NCBI GenBank assembly: GCA_051599415.1
Contig: AP039690.1
Coordinates: 682,001 to 746,000, forward strand
Source: Savitreella phatthalungensis
Taxonomy: Eukaryota
Reading direction: 5' to 3'
DNA length: 64,000 nt
Part shown: piece after piece, positions 42,598 through 54,523 of the stretch
Numbering within the stretch: position 1 is the first letter of the stretch
Layout of the letters: each line of letters begins with the position of its first letter
Notes under the pieces: model-generated
Told to the model about the DNA's origin: nothing
Database searches by the model: none
What the model saw: the letters and a program-made list of their open reading frames with translations, nothing else
Position numbers and translations under genes: made by a program

Positions 42598-43060
42598 GAT
42601 TGTGGATTGTCCTCAAGACTAACAAGCGATTGTGAGCTGTAGCGGGCAGAGAGGAAGGTTTGTCGAAGTCTGATATGGATTCCTGGCCAGCCGTGCTGAC
42701 CATGAAGAGCAGGTCGTGTGACTGGCAGAGGATATCCTATGTTTATAGGTTGGACTCCGCATCGACGAGCTGTATATCCCATGCAGTTTGAGTTGCTCGA
42801 TTTGTATTTGATCGGTGGAGCTGATCACTTTCAGAAAAGATTGATTGTGACGTCGTTGACGGCCGGATACAGCACACCTGAAAAGTTAGACGACAAGGAG
42901 TCAAGAAAGTATAACTGCTCGAGCCAAGTCTCCCGGTGTTCACACGACCTAAGCTACACTTCTAACTCCTGTAATCATTCAGCGACTACAGAGACTATCA
43001 CAGCATCTCCGCAGGAGCATCTCAAGCGGAAGATCCTTTCCGATCGCCTACCAAACAGAC

Positions 43061-44194
43061 ATGGGCGATGCACTTCTCACAAAGCGTTTCGGGAAAGAGA
43101 CTATCAACTTCTTTGCTGGCTCGACGCTCAATCGATTCTCGTTCAAGCGTCAGGATCAGAAATTCTTGAAGGAGTGCTTTGATGAGAAGTCCGCACGATT
43201 TCTAGCATTCAAGGAGCTCGACCCTCTGGCTGACCAGCAAGGCAAACTTGTGTTACTGGAGCGTAAAGATGTTGCAGACATTGTTCAAGATGCGTATGCG
43301 CTGTCTGACGAGGAAAAGGTAAAGACCTGGTCTGCAGAAGACGACACGGTCACACTTGTTTTCCTTGGATGTGATGAATCTCGACCGACGTCCGTGGGCG
43401 GCGAACCATACTTCGCAATCGATGTCACACCCTTACCCCGCCAACGTGAGTCTGAGAAGAAAGCATTCATCGACAAGGTCACCTCGCAAGGCCACGATTT
43501 CAAGAATGTGCGTGTAGGAGTACGTATGGAGCAGCACGAGGCGGCGATGGTCGCTCTTGGGAGGTCGATGATCGATTGGAACAACCGCTATGGCTACTGT
43601 AGTGGCTGTGGCGGCCGGACGATGAGCGTCTGGGCTGGATACAAGCGGCAGTGCCCGGACAAAGATCGCGTATCAGGCGAGAGACAACCCTGTGTTTCAC
43701 GGAAGGGCCTTCACAATTACGCCTATCCTCGTACCGACACCACGGTCATCATGGGTATCCTGAGTGAGGACGGAAAAAAGATTCTGCTCGGCAGGCAGAA
43801 GAGCTGGCCTCCAGGCATGTATTCGTGTCTTGCTGGCTTCATGGAGCCAGGAGAGTCACTCGAGGAAGCAGTTCGAAGAGAAGTCTGGGAAGAGTCAGGT
43901 GTCAAGGTCGGTCGAGTACAGTACCACAGCAGTCAGCCTTGGCCTTTCCCGTCGACATTGATGGTCGGCTGTATCGGGCAGGTGGTCTCGTCTGAGGGAG
44001 AGAAGATCGACCTCGGCAATGACCCAGAATTGGAGAATGCACGGTGGTTCTCGAGGGAAGAGTTATCCAAAGCAGGAACGATGGGCAAGGAGTCAAAACC
44101 TGGTCAAGATCAGCCGGAGTATTCTACGCCGCCGGAAATGGCGATCGCCAAGCAGCTCATCAACTGTTTCGTCAGAGACGACTGGTCATTGTAG
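43061..44194 (+). CDS. NPY1: NADH pyrophosphatase (Nudix, NudC-like)
   Basis: CSGCG zinc ribbon, YPRTD, Nudix box GFMEPGESLEEAVRREVWEESG, SQPWPFP. Confidence 0.96.
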   Translation: MGDALLTKRFGKETINFFAGSTLNRFSFKRQDQKFLKECFDEKSARFLAFKELDPLADQQGKLVLLERKDVADIVQDAYALSDEEKVKTWSAEDDTVTLVFLGCDESRPTSVGGEPYFAIDVTPLPRQRESEKKAFIDKVTSQGHDFKNVRVGVRMEQHEAAMVALGRSMIDWNNRYGYCSGCGGRTMSVWAGYKRQCPDKDRVSGERQPCVSRKGLHNYAYPRTDTTVIMGILSEDGKKILLGRQKSWPPGMYSCLAGFMEPGESLEEAVRREVWEESGVKVGRVQYHSSQPWPFPSTLMVGCIGQVVSSEGEKIDLGNDPELENARWFSREELSKAGTMGKESKPGQDQPEYSTPPEMAIAKQLINCFVRDDWSL

Positions 44195-45040
44195 AAAGAG
44201 CAGGACATCGAGTTGTAGATGTAGATCTAGGCTGGCATCAGCGTAGTCATGGAAGGAGATCATAATCGCATGAACGATGCGTCATCAGAGAGAGCAAGGA
44301 TACGCGGTAATGATTGTGATCGCTGTAAACTTTGAGAATCCTTGTCTGAGCAATGGCACAATAATCATCTAGCAATGACGAGCAGCTCGACAGATGCTGT
44401 CTGAAGCCTTGCGGTACAAGTGAGGTCTAACACTAAATTGTCTAGTCCTGGCCATACGCTAACTGTTCCGTAGGTATGGGTCCAAGCCCAGCTAGAGGGT
44501 GTTATATGTTGCATCCGAGCCAGACAGACAACATGTGATGAATGCCTGAGCCAAGTTATGATCGATCATGTATGCAACATGATAGATACACTATATCCCC
44601 AGCTGTCAAATTCACTATAGTAAACAGTGAGGTACACGGAGGATGTACTATAAATTTAAGTATAGTCCTCTTTGAACTCGAATTAGATCGAGCACGGGGA
44701 TATCTTATACTATAGTATATACTATATAGGTAGCTCAATTGATTTTAAGGTTCGAGATCAATCTACCAAAAATTTGAGATAATCTATCGATCAAAATTAA
44801 ATCAATCGACCACAAGTTAGATAGCAACAATCATTGCAACAAACTGCACTACACGTTCGATCTTCTGCACATGCAGTACACAGTATACATAGTATATACT
44901 TTGTCTGACCTACTTTCAACCCTGCCACTAAGTACATCAGGTCCACTTGGTCCAACTCAATATACAGTCTTACATATCCTGGATTGACGAGACCACGCTG
45001 AGAGGAGAGGTATTGTCAGAAGGAGAGTAGATTTATCTCC

Positions 45041-48000
45041 ATGGAGGCTCTCGTCGCTTGCTTTGAGCGAAGTCTCTCTGCTCAGCTGGATGAACGGCGA
45101 GCTGCTGAAGGGGAGCTTCGAGCTGCAGAGGCACAGGACGGCTTTCTCGGCGCAGTGTTGACGATCGTCCAGTCCGCACCTTCACCTGCAATCCAGCAAG
45201 CTGCAGCTGTATACTTGAAGAACTTTGTCTCGCGCAAGTGGTCAGACATCGACCCACATGATTTCCGGCAGAGACTTGTCCCAGCTATCGTTGGCAGCCC
45301 ACTCAACACGCGTGCTCAGCTTACACGCGTCCTCAATCAGATACTCACAGCAGACTACCCACAGAACTGGCCAGACTTCTTACCAACCACGACACAGCTC
45401 CTCACCAGTTCCGCCATCAATGAAGTCTACGCAGGTCTCCTCTGTTTGCTTGAGCTCGCACGCGTTTTCCGATGGCGTTCTCGCGATCGACGTGACGGGC
45501 TGACCGATATCATCAGAGCCACATTTCCGACAATCTTGCACATTGCAGAGGGCGTACTGGCAGAGGAAAGCGCACTGGCCGGCGACATGCTCAGGCTTGT
45601 CCTCAAGATTTACAAGAGTGTCATTTGGCTAGAACTACCGCCGATCCTGCAGGACATGTCATCGATGGTGCCATGGGGACAGGTCCTCCTCCGCACAATT
45701 TCGAAACCGCCGCCGGCGGAATCCATGGCTGAAGAAGACCCAGAGATTCGTGCGGGTGACGTCTGGTGGCGGGCTAAAAAATGGGCATACTTCTGTTTGG
45801 ACCGCCTGTTTGTCAGATACGGTGACCCTTCACAGCTCTCCGGCGATTCTGCCAAGGAATATGCAGCTTTCAGCGAAACATTCGTCACACAGTTTGCACC
45901 GGAGATTCTCAAGTGCTACCTAAGCATTGTACAGGCATGGACCTCAGGATCATGGCTCTCCCCAAAAGCTCTGTACTACACCGGCAACTTCTTCGCCATT
46001 AGTGTGCGTCCAAAGACGACGTGGGCGTTGATCAAGGACAATGTCGATTTACTCATTGAACACTTCGTCTTTCCGCAGATGTGCCCCACTGCTGCCGACC
46101 TGGAGCTCTGGGATGAAGACCCACAGGAATACATTTCGAAGCGCATCGACGTCTATGAAGACTTCACATCACCTGACACAGCTGCCCTGAACTTTCTCCA
46201 GGCATGCTGCAAGCGGAAGAAGGCCAATTGCTACATGCGTGCGCTCGAGTTTGCCAACAAGAAGCTCGAAAGCGTGCGAAACCCGCAAACGCTTGAGGCC
46301 GCTATTCATAAGGAAGGTGCGCTGCGGATCATCGGCAGCCTGGCACACATCGTCATTCGGGATGATCATATCCGAGGAATGATGGACGGCTTTTTCCAAC
46401 AGCACGTCTTTTCAGATTTCACCTCACCGCACAGACTGTTGCGTGCACGAGCGTGCGAGCTCAGCAATCGCTTTGCCAACGTGCAATTCGGCGAGACAAG
46501 CATCGCAGCCATCTATCAGGGCGTTTCGCGGTGTCTCTCCGACACAGAATTGCCAGTTCGTGTCGAGGCAGCTTTAGCACTACAACCGCTCCTCGAGCAG
46601 GACTACGTCCACCATGCGCTGATGAGGGACATTCCACAAATCATGAAGGTTTTGCTTCAACTAGCAAACGAGGTCGATGTTGATAGTCTTGCGAACGTCA
46701 TGGAAGAATTTGTAGAGGTCTTCTCTACAGAGCTGACGCCTTATGCCGTCGAATTGGCCAGCTCATTGCGCGACACGTTCCTGCGCATCATGTCCGAGCA
46801 CGACGACACCGACGACAAGTCTCTCGCGGCACTCGGCATTCTCAACACTATCGGAACGCTCATCCTGTCGCTTGAAAACAGCGCAGAATCGTTGTTCAAG
46901 CTCGAGGATTGCGTCACGCCTGTCATCGAGTTTGTCGTCCGACATGCTTTGATCGATCTATACGCAGAGGCATTCGAGATTGTTGATAGCTGCACTTGGT
47001 CAGCCAAAGCGGTGTCTCCAACCATGTGGAACGTCTTTGGCATGCTCTACGAGGCCTTCCTTTCGACTGGCATTGACTATATTGAAGAGCTTCTGCCAGC
47101 ACTTCAGAATTATCTCTCCTTCGGCCGCGATCATATCGCCGAAAGCGAAGAGCACCAGCGAATGTTCTTCAACATCATCCACGCTGTCTTCGAAAACGAT
47201 CGTCTTGGCGTTCAGGATCGCAATTGTGTTGCTCGATTGGCCGTGTACTTTATTTTGAACCTACGCGGCAGCGTTGACGGCTATGTGGTCAAGCTGCTTG
47301 AGATCGCCGGAGCTCGTCTGAGCAGCGCGAACGAGCCGAAGAAGGGCGTGTACTTCCGTAATCTACTCCAAATCGTCGTCTCGGCAATCTACTACAATCC
47401 ACAGGCTGCGCTGTCGTGGCTCGATGCTCACGGCGCGCTGGAGCCATTCCTCAACTTGTGGCAAGCCAATATCACGAGCTTCAAGCGCGTGCCTGAGCTC
47501 AATCTGCAGGTCTCCTCGCTCGTGGCTGTAATGACACTGCCACAGGCGCCCGAGAGCGTTACACGCGCACTACCAGACCTTTCAGCCGCCCTGCTCACCG
47601 TGCTTGGGCAACTGCCACTGGCGATACAGAAGCGCAAGGACGCTCAAAACAGGCTACAATCCGAGGACCAGCTGTTGTGGACAGGCGACGCGCATGCGGA
47701 TGACGATGACGATGCCGACTGGGACGAACCTGGAGACGGTGACTTGCCGGCAGATGAAGAGGACGAGTACGTCAAATTCCTGAGCAGCGAAGCTAGGCGT
47801 ATTGCTGCCGAGAAAGGTAATGTCCCTGGGACGAATGATGGAGAGCATGGATCAGACGCATTCGATGGCGATTTTGGCGGCAACGGTCATACCAATGGAT
47901 CTAATGACGATGATGACGATGATGATGATGACGACGACGATGATGACGACGGTATGCTAGCGGAAGACGTCCTTGCCAGTGGACCTCTGAACGACGTCGA

Positions 48001-48145
48001 TGCATTCGCACTCGTCCACGCAACCTTTGCGACACTCCACGACACCGATCCAGCCAGGTACAACCTCCTGACTGGAAGCTGGAACGATAACCAGAGACAG
48101 CTTTTCCAGGGAGTGCTAACGCATGCGCAGGCGTCAAGGCAGTGA
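45041..48145 (+). CDS. NMD5: Importin-beta family karyopherin (importin-7/8, Nmd5/Sxm1)
   Basis: IBN_N (QQAAAVYLKN), WWRAKKW, LWDEDPQEY, LRARAC, LPVRVEAALAL; acidic tail with GAY repeats at about 47903-47950. Confidence 0.92.
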   Translation: MEALVACFERSLSAQLDERRAAEGELRAAEAQDGFLGAVLTIVQSAPSPAIQQAAAVYLKNFVSRKWSDIDPHDFRQRLVPAIVGSPLNTRAQLTRVLNQILTADYPQNWPDFLPTTTQLLTSSAINEVYAGLLCLLELARVFRWRSRDRRDGLTDIIRATFPTILHIAEGVLAEESALAGDMLRLVLKIYKSVIWLELPPILQDMSSMVPWGQVLLRTISKPPPAESMAEEDPEIRAGDVWWRAKKWAYFCLDRLFVRYGDPSQLSGDSAKEYAAFSETFVTQFAPEILKCYLSIVQAWTSGSWLSPKALYYTGNFFAISVRPKTTWALIKDNVDLLIEHFVFPQMCPTAADLELWDEDPQEYISKRIDVYEDFTSPDTAALNFLQACCKRKKANCYMRALEFANKKLESVRNPQTLEAAIHKEGALRIIGSLAHIVIRDDHIRGMMDGFFQQHVFSDFTSPHRLLRARACELSNRFANVQFGETSIAAIYQGVSRCLSDTELPVRVEAALALQPLLEQDYVHHALMRDIPQIMKVLLQLANEVDVDSLANVMEEFVEVFSTELTPYAVELASSLRDTFLRIMSEHDDTDDKSLAALGILNTIGTLILSLENSAESLFKLEDCVTPVIEFVVRHALIDLYAEAFEIVDSCTWSAKAVSPTMWNVFGMLYEAFLSTGIDYIEELLPALQNYLSFGRDHIAESEEHQRMFFNIIHAVFENDRLGVQDRNCVARLAVYFILNLRGSVDGYVVKLLEIAGARLSSANEPKKGVYFRNLLQIVVSAIYYNPQAALSWLDAHGALEPFLNLWQANITSFKRVPELNLQVSSLVAVMTLPQAPESVTRALPDLSAALLTVLGQLPLAIQKRKDAQNRLQSEDQLLWTGDAHADDDDDADWDEPGDGDLPADEEDEYVKFLSSEARRIAAEKGNVPGTNDGEHGSDAFDGDFGGNGHTNGSNDDDDDDDDDDDDDDDGMLAEDVLASGPLNDVDAFALVHATFATLHDTDPARYNLLTGSWNDNQRQLFQGVLTHAQASRQ

Positions 48146-48351
48146 CATCTAATATTCTGCGTACGCGACGTTACATGCATGCACTCATGCCCCGTGCTCC
48201 GAAGGTCGGCAGAGGGCAGCAGGCAGGATATGTCCAATAGGAAGATAGCATGAATGTCATTACGTCGTCGATGTTCAGAAGGTATCTATGTAGTGGGTCT
48301 GTATACAAAGGCTCTGTGCTTCGCCGAAGCATTCCGAGCTAGGAAGAATGG

Positions 48352-48948
48352 CTAGTTGAGCAGGTCGTGTATATTTGAACCTCTCCGAGGGGCTTCTTGT
48401 TTGATATCAGCATCAGACGCAATCTCGATTGCCCTATCCTCCTCCTTCACCTTTGTCGGTCCCGAACTCTCCTTGGCAGCAGCAGCAGCGGTAGCGGCGG
48501 CAGCTTCATCTTTCGCCTGCTGCTGAATACTCTCCTCTCGCTGAGCGAATCGAGATCTCGCCTGAGCCAACAACTCCTCCTGCTGTCTGAGCAACTCGTC
48601 CTGTGACAGTCCCGAGCTCTCGAACTTGTTGACCTTCCGCTCTCGCGCCTTCATCGCCTGCTTGTGCTCGTCCACAACCCCCTCGATCTGTGGAATGTAC
48701 GACGCAAATCCCAACTCCGTCAACGCAGTCAGCACGTGCTCAGCAGCGATCGTCTTCTTGCTCTCCTTCTCGCAAACCTCATTCGACTCGGACGACAGCA
48801 GGTGCACAAACTCGACGCACATCTCAATCACCAAGTCTCGAGCCTCTCGGCTGAAGCTCAAGTCCGGAAACCTCGGTATCAGCATCTCACCCACAAGCTT
48901 CTGAACCGTCGCCTTCGGTAGCGACAGCTCATCATCAGCGCCGTCCAT
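48352..48948 (-). CDS. NCB2: Negative cofactor 2 beta (Dr1)
   Basis: DELSLPKATVQK, CVEFVHLLSSESNE, KKTIAAEHV, SGLSQDELLRQQEEL. Confidence 0.96.
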   Translation of the reverse strand: MDGADDELSLPKATVQKLVGEMLIPRFPDLSFSREARDLVIEMCVEFVHLLSSESNEVCEKESKKTIAAEHVLTALTELGFASYIPQIEGVVDEHKQAMKARERKVNKFESSGLSQDELLRQQEELLAQARSRFAQREESIQQQAKDEAAAATAAAAAKESSGPTKVKEEDRAIEIASDADIKQEAPRRGSNIHDLLN

Positions 48949-49253
48949 GATCGTGTATATTTCGTACCTGCTTCGATGTATCAGACGCCGATGTAATAGA
49001 TTCCAGGGACTGACTGCGTTATGGAACTGACGTCCGATATCTGTACCTTTGAGTTGTCGTGCTCGACTGTTTGTTTTGCGCGCGTTCTCTACCTGTTCTG
49101 CACTAACACTGCATTAAATGATCAGCAGCTGTCAAGTCTACGAGGAAAACCTGGATGCAGGACTGAAGGCGCTTTCAAAGGACCATGATTCAAGTCAGAC
49201 AGAGACGGCCAAGGTTTTTGGACGTCCCCATGAGACCTAGCAATGGATGAAGA

Positions 49254-50972
49254 ATGACGGGCAACGCTGTACTAGTGCTTGACAATGGTGCAGACTCCAT
49301 CAAGGCTTGGCTAGGTGGAGCTGGAGCGAGCGGGCACGGTATTGACACAGCTTCGGGAGAAGCAGCATACCCTGTCAATGTGTACACGAACGCAGCAGCA
49401 CGATCTAAGGACGATCGACGTGTCCTGATTGGGCCTGAGATCGATGCTGCTGAGAAATCCACCCTGTTGGGCACGTTACAGTATCGAAGGCCGTTCGAAA
49501 AGGGCCATCTGGTGAGTTGGGAGGCAGAGCGCGCTATCTGGTGGGAGGTCCTGCAATCTATCGATGTCAGAGATCCCACAACGACAACGCTCGTCCTGGG
49601 AACACCACTCAAGGAGCTTTCAAACCTCCAGGCAAACACAGATGAGGTTGTCTTCGAGGAATTCAACTTTGATCGATTCTATCGCGCACCCTCCATGGCT
49701 CTATGCGCGTGGGGTCCACTCGGTGAGCGGTTTGGCGAGGATGCCGGAGACGGGTGTGTGGTTGGTACTGACGGGCGCGCGACTCTTGTGCCGGCTGAAG
49801 CGTGCGTAGTGCTGGATATTGGGTATACCGCGACGCTGTGCACGCCTGTCGTAGAAGGCGTAGCATACATCACGCATGCGCGAACGCTACCTGTCGGTGG
49901 ACGATTCCTGACCAACTGGCTCAAGGAGCAGATCTCCTTCAGACAGTACAACCTGATGGAGGAGTTTACGCTGGTCGACAGGTGCAAGCGTGCTGCCTGT
50001 TTTGTCACCGACGAGTTCAACAAGTGCATGGATCTTGCAAGAGTGCGTGACCCTTCGATCGTCGCCAACTACGCACTACCTGACTTCGCACGCAACCTGC
50101 CCGACAGATTACTTTCCCAGAGCGACATCGCAAACATGCGAACCAAGCCGGCTGCAGACGAGGATGATCTCCAGTATCTTACACTCACGAACGAGACGTT
50201 CCGAACACCAGAAATCCTGTTCAACCCTTCAGACATCCCTGGCTTGCGAGTTGGCGGCCTCGCTCAGCTGGTGAGGGAAGTGATCGATTGCGTCGATGAT
50301 GAAAGCACGAGGGCTGTGCTGTGGGAGAACGTGATTGTTGTCGGTGGCTCATCGCAATTCCGGGGTTTGAGAAGCCGGCTGGAGACAGAGCTTCGCGCAC
50401 TAGCTCCAGACGTATACACCGTCCGCGTACTGCAGCCTGACAACCCGACGACGTATGCGTGTGCATCGGCAGCAGCCATGGCGACGCACGCTCCGGACTA
50501 TCTCGCTGCACAGCAAGTCTCAAGAGCGGAATGGTTCGAGTCAGGTCGGAAGATCACAGCCGCTAAGTTTGATGCTGCCAGAGCGCGTGCGGTGCCTGGT
50601 GTCAGGGGCGGTGAAAGATCATCGGCATTTGATGGAACACCGGCACTCGACATGAGGGGCAGTGGGATCAATACACCGGATCCAGACGCGATCGATGGTG
50701 TCGGTACCGGTGGCGCGGAGTTGCCGTCGAGGACGGAGGGCAAGAGGAGTATGTATGTGGAGGAGGACGTGCCGGATACTCCGCGATCGTTCTCACCAGA
50801 TGCAACGCCGGAGCCGGAAGAGTCCACGACACCGGCATCCAAGCGTCGAGGCTCAAGCAAGCGCAAGCCGGCAAGACAACAATCACGCCGACGGAAAAGC
50901 CAGCCAAAAGCGGAGCCAGAGGATCGCGATCAGGGTGAGATTGAGGACGGAATGGACAAGACGGATCAGTGA
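49254..50972 (+). CDS. ARP6: Actin-related protein 6 (SWR1 complex)
   Basis: LVLDNGADSIKA, RRPFEKG, DEVVFEEF, GGRFLTNWLKEQISFRQYNLMEE, PEILFNPSDI. Confidence 0.92.
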   Translation: MTGNAVLVLDNGADSIKAWLGGAGASGHGIDTASGEAAYPVNVYTNAAARSKDDRRVLIGPEIDAAEKSTLLGTLQYRRPFEKGHLVSWEAERAIWWEVLQSIDVRDPTTTTLVLGTPLKELSNLQANTDEVVFEEFNFDRFYRAPSMALCAWGPLGERFGEDAGDGCVVGTDGRATLVPAEACVVLDIGYTATLCTPVVEGVAYITHARTLPVGGRFLTNWLKEQISFRQYNLMEEFTLVDRCKRAACFVTDEFNKCMDLARVRDPSIVANYALPDFARNLPDRLLSQSDIANMRTKPAADEDDLQYLTLTNETFRTPEILFNPSDIPGLRVGGLAQLVREVIDCVDDESTRAVLWENVIVVGGSSQFRGLRSRLETELRALAPDVYTVRVLQPDNPTTYACASAAAMATHAPDYLAAQQVSRAEWFESGRKITAAKFDAARARAVPGVRGGERSSAFDGTPALDMRGSGINTPDPDAIDGVGTGGAELPSRTEGKRSMYVEEDVPDTPRSFSPDATPEPEESTTPASKRRGSSKRKPARQQSRRRKSQPKAEPEDRDQGEIEDGMDKTDQ

Positions 50973-50988
50973 ATCAAATGCGTGGGGA

Positions 50989-52061
50989 TTAACAACAACT
51001 TGATCTTTCCGAATCGGATAACGTTCGTCCGATATCGGCATTCCCGCGATTCGACAGCTGGGAAAGACGCTGCTGCAACAGATGACGGCGTCTGCGGCGC
51101 TCTGCGCGCTCATCGTCTGGAATTTCTGGTGCAAAGCGGACTAATTGCTCGGCGATGGTATTGAATAGGTCGTCAACGCCACTCACGCCTGGATCATCGA
51201 CCTTGGATGAGATTTCGTGGCAAAAGTCACTGATATCTGGCGGTACTGTGGCGAATGTCAGTGCAGACTCGCTCGCCCATGTCCTCCGGGAGTACTGTGA
51301 TCTGAAAGTACCTCTATCACTGTCACCTCCGACATCCTCAAAACCAGACGACCAATGAGGCGCTGTATTCCGTGGCTCACTCAGCGCTGTACCTGCAGAC
51401 CATGGAGGTTGTTGTTGCAGTGGGTGAGTGAAAGTGCTTGGCAATGGCGGTGTTGGCATTCGTAAATGCTGTGATGCCCAAGCGTGCACGTCATCCTGGC
51501 GAACCTGCCGTTTGGAAGGGTCAGCGTCTACGAGGTCACGTTTTGTGCCGACGATGTGGATGAGGAGATTGTCCCTTTGACTATGCCGTTCGAGCTCGTC
51601 CATCCACGACTGAAGCACCTTGAAAGAGCTTGCCGAAGTCACATCGTAGCACAGCACAGCGCAATCAGCACCGCGGTAGTACATGGGTGCCATCGACCGA
51701 AATCGTTCTTGGCCAGCAGTATCCCAGATCTGAAGCCGGACGAGCGTGTCATCAACAATGATGCGCTAAGGAGACGGTCAGACCAGGAACAGCTCAAGTT
51801 GAATGGGGACTCATTACCTTTGCGAGGAAATTTGCACCGACAGTCGAAGGACATCCCTCGCCACTAAAGCGCGAGTGGACACAACGGACGACGAGAGAAG
51901 ACTTGCCAACGCTCTGCGCACCTAGAATGGAACAGCACGTGTCAGCAGAGTTGGTGTTTCAGAGAAGAAATAAGCTAGCAGGATAAGTTGGAGGATGTAC
52001 CTAGGACAACGACTTTACGATCGATTTGCCTCCCATGGATCTTGTCGAGTGTATTGGTCAT
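50989..52061 (-). CDS. Atypical Rab5/21/24-group GTPase; three exons (52061-52001, 51921-51818, 51765-50989), 313 aa
   Basis: Spliced: KVVVLGAQSVGKSS, PSTVGANF, WDTAGQERFRSMAPMYYRGA, GTKRD, HEISSK, terminal CC. Both introns GT...CTGAC...TAG. Confidence 0.88.
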
Positions 52062-53172
52062 CCTGAGATCTGGCAGAAGCGTGCACGGTTGCTTGTGATT
52101 GCTCTGCTTTGTCAGACTTTCATGTCATGCTCTCGAGCGTGATCCTCGTCATTGGTCGATCTGCTCGTTCTCGGAGGATTTCGAATAGACGCAACCCTTG
52201 CGTGCACGTTCAAGTTGTGCACAGATCAGATGACGGAGGTTTGATGGAGAGCTGTTGAGATAGAGAGAGAGAGAGCTTTATTGTGAATGACTGTGATTGA
52301 CTGTGAGCAACCACAAGGAACTCTAGTCGTGACAGAGAAAGCTCAGTGTAGCACTAGTACTATACTAGCTAGTACAATCGTGCGTGGGTAGGCTAGGTGA
52401 CTTGGGTCATACATACATAGATCACATGCCACATAATTGTCTAAGCAGGCTGTATGACCAATTTAAATGAATTGATCCAAATTTATCCACTTCTTCTTCT
52501 TCTTCTTCAATTACAACCTAATCTAGATTGTCGTCTATAAATAGTATCGCCTTCTCATTCGACATCCTGGAGTTATCCCCGTACAATTGAATTGAATTCT
52601 ATCCAGAAGTCCAGAAGCACGGAATTAGGCTTCTTCATATCTCCTCCCTGCGTATGAAGAGCAATTTATTCTCCGAAGAGTCCAAGGATCAAGGCTCATT
52701 CGAAGTGTACACGGTCTAGTATTGTACTATACAGCTCAGGAAGACGGCAGAGCTGATTCAATCCAGTTACTCTGAGCGCTCGACTTTCCCTTTGTGAAGA
52801 AGAGACAGCTGCAACCATGAACAGCTTAAGGCAGCTTAGTGTCATGCAGTGCGTGTGTAGTGCAGTGCACTGTAGACGTAGCACCCGATACATTCAGCCC
52901 AGAGAGCAAGCACTAGCAATATGGCACGTATGTAGAACACGTGAAATTTCAGCCACGAATTCAATTCTACATCGAACAATTCTACGGGATCAGAGTGTGG
53001 CGTCAGACCCACCCAATGACGCCAACGTGCAACTGTCCAGTCTCATCCTGTCAGTACACACTCACCAATACCAACAGACACGCGTACGCGCGCACCAACA
53101 TCTCCGTGGTACAAGAAAGCATTCTGTTGCTTCTCTCTAGGCCTAAAGCTTCAGCTCTAGATCACTCTCACA

Positions 53173-53668
53173 ATGTCTTGGCAGGCATACATCGACTCAT
53201 CACTTCTCGGCACCGGCAAGATTGACAAGGCCGGCATCTACTCCCGTGCAGGAGAGTAAGCCATTCCCAAAATCCATTCGCTCCCTGATCACTTGCTGAC
53301 TGATTCAAGCTCTACCTGGGCAAAATCCGCTGGCTTTGACGTACGCCATTCTCTGTTCCCGTGACTTAAACGAGTAACACTGTACTGACATGCTCAAGCT
53401 CTCTGCGGATGAATTGAAAGCGATCGCTCGGGGCTTTGACGACAACGGCGGTATTCAGGGATCAGGCATCAAGCTTCAGGGAGAGAAGTACCTGACGATC
53501 CGGGCAGAGGACCGGAGCATCTACGGGAAGAAGGGCAACAAGGGCGTCATCGCAGTCCGTACAAAGCAGGCCCTTGTTATTGGACACTACCCTGAATCCA
53601 CCCAGCCAGGTGAAGCTGCCAAGATTGTCGAGGCACTTGCAGACTACCTCATTCAAGCCTCCTACTAG
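53173..53668 (+). CDS. PFY1: Profilin; three exons (53173-53255, 53310-53340, 53399-53668), 127 aa
   Basis: MSWQAYIDSSLLGTGKIDKAGIYS...GEKYLTIRAEDRSIYGKKG...VEALADYLI; introns GTAAGC/GTACGC...CTGAC...AAG. Confidence 0.95.
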
Positions 53669-53935
53669 ACTATTACCCCCTTCTCATACACTCACGCACA
53701 CACAAATATCAACCAACAGAAACCTAAATCCTCAATAAACACGATAAGCAGCAGGGGTTCTTGCATGAAATGATCTTCTTCTGTACAATGCAGCGCTTGC
53801 CGTTGCCGTCTCTCTGGCTCGTTCTGCTGCTGCTGCTGTTTACTGTCTCCTGACGACTCAATAGGCGTGACATACAGTGACCGAAAACTCTGGTCGTGTC
53901 GTGTAGAACTTCTGAAGCTCCTTCTCTCTCTCTCT

Positions 53936-54523
53936 CTATACTGGACTTGGCTGGTAGCCTGCGATGCGATCGAGTACTTGAGCAATACCAGGAGCTCGTA
54001 GCTTTTAGATCATGTCAGTGACCTCGTGTTCATAAATCTAAGTAACTGAACTTACCGCCTGTCCGACAACTGGTAGACTCCGCAGAAAGCTAAGCACAAT
54101 AGGAAAGAAATCGCCGCTAGCCGTGTGTGTCAGTATAGATCCGCACAGCTTTCGCATGAGAGACGTACAACAAGTTAACAAAGCCGAAGAGCTCGACGAG
54201 GATGCCAATGATCGACCGCTTCATGAAGATCAGGAGGATACCGCCGAAGAAGCAGATTGTTCCTCTCAATTTGTGCTTTCTCGCAAAGAAGGCGATCGTC
54301 CGCTGATGTCCAATGATGAACGCAAGCCCACTGACAAACAGGATATTCCCCATCGCCAGCAACCCGCTATCAAACAGCAGCATCACGCCAAGCACCATAA
54401 AAGCCACACCGAACGCTGTCAACGCCACCCCGATCTCTACCCATCCTTGTCAGTACCTGTGACCTTGCGTACTCACAGTGGCAGATGCAGGCACTTACTC
54501 TGAGCATCTGTAAGCCAGACCAT
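53936..54523 (-). CDS. GOT1: Golgi transport protein Got1; four exons (54523-54499, 54436-54169, 54116-54056, 54001-53936)
   Basis: Spliced MVWLTDAQKIGVALT...LLAMGNILF...KLRGTICFFGG...NLFGDFFP...LRSLPVVG; introns with CTGAC branch points. Confidence 0.93.

Noticed and set aside
44300..44560. TGA(T)GA/CTGA boxes and a GCTAAC...TAG intron-like signal downstream of NPY1 (snoRNA or small spliced gene)
   Set aside because: No recognisable rRNA guide or convincing ORF; needs snoscan or RNA-seq.
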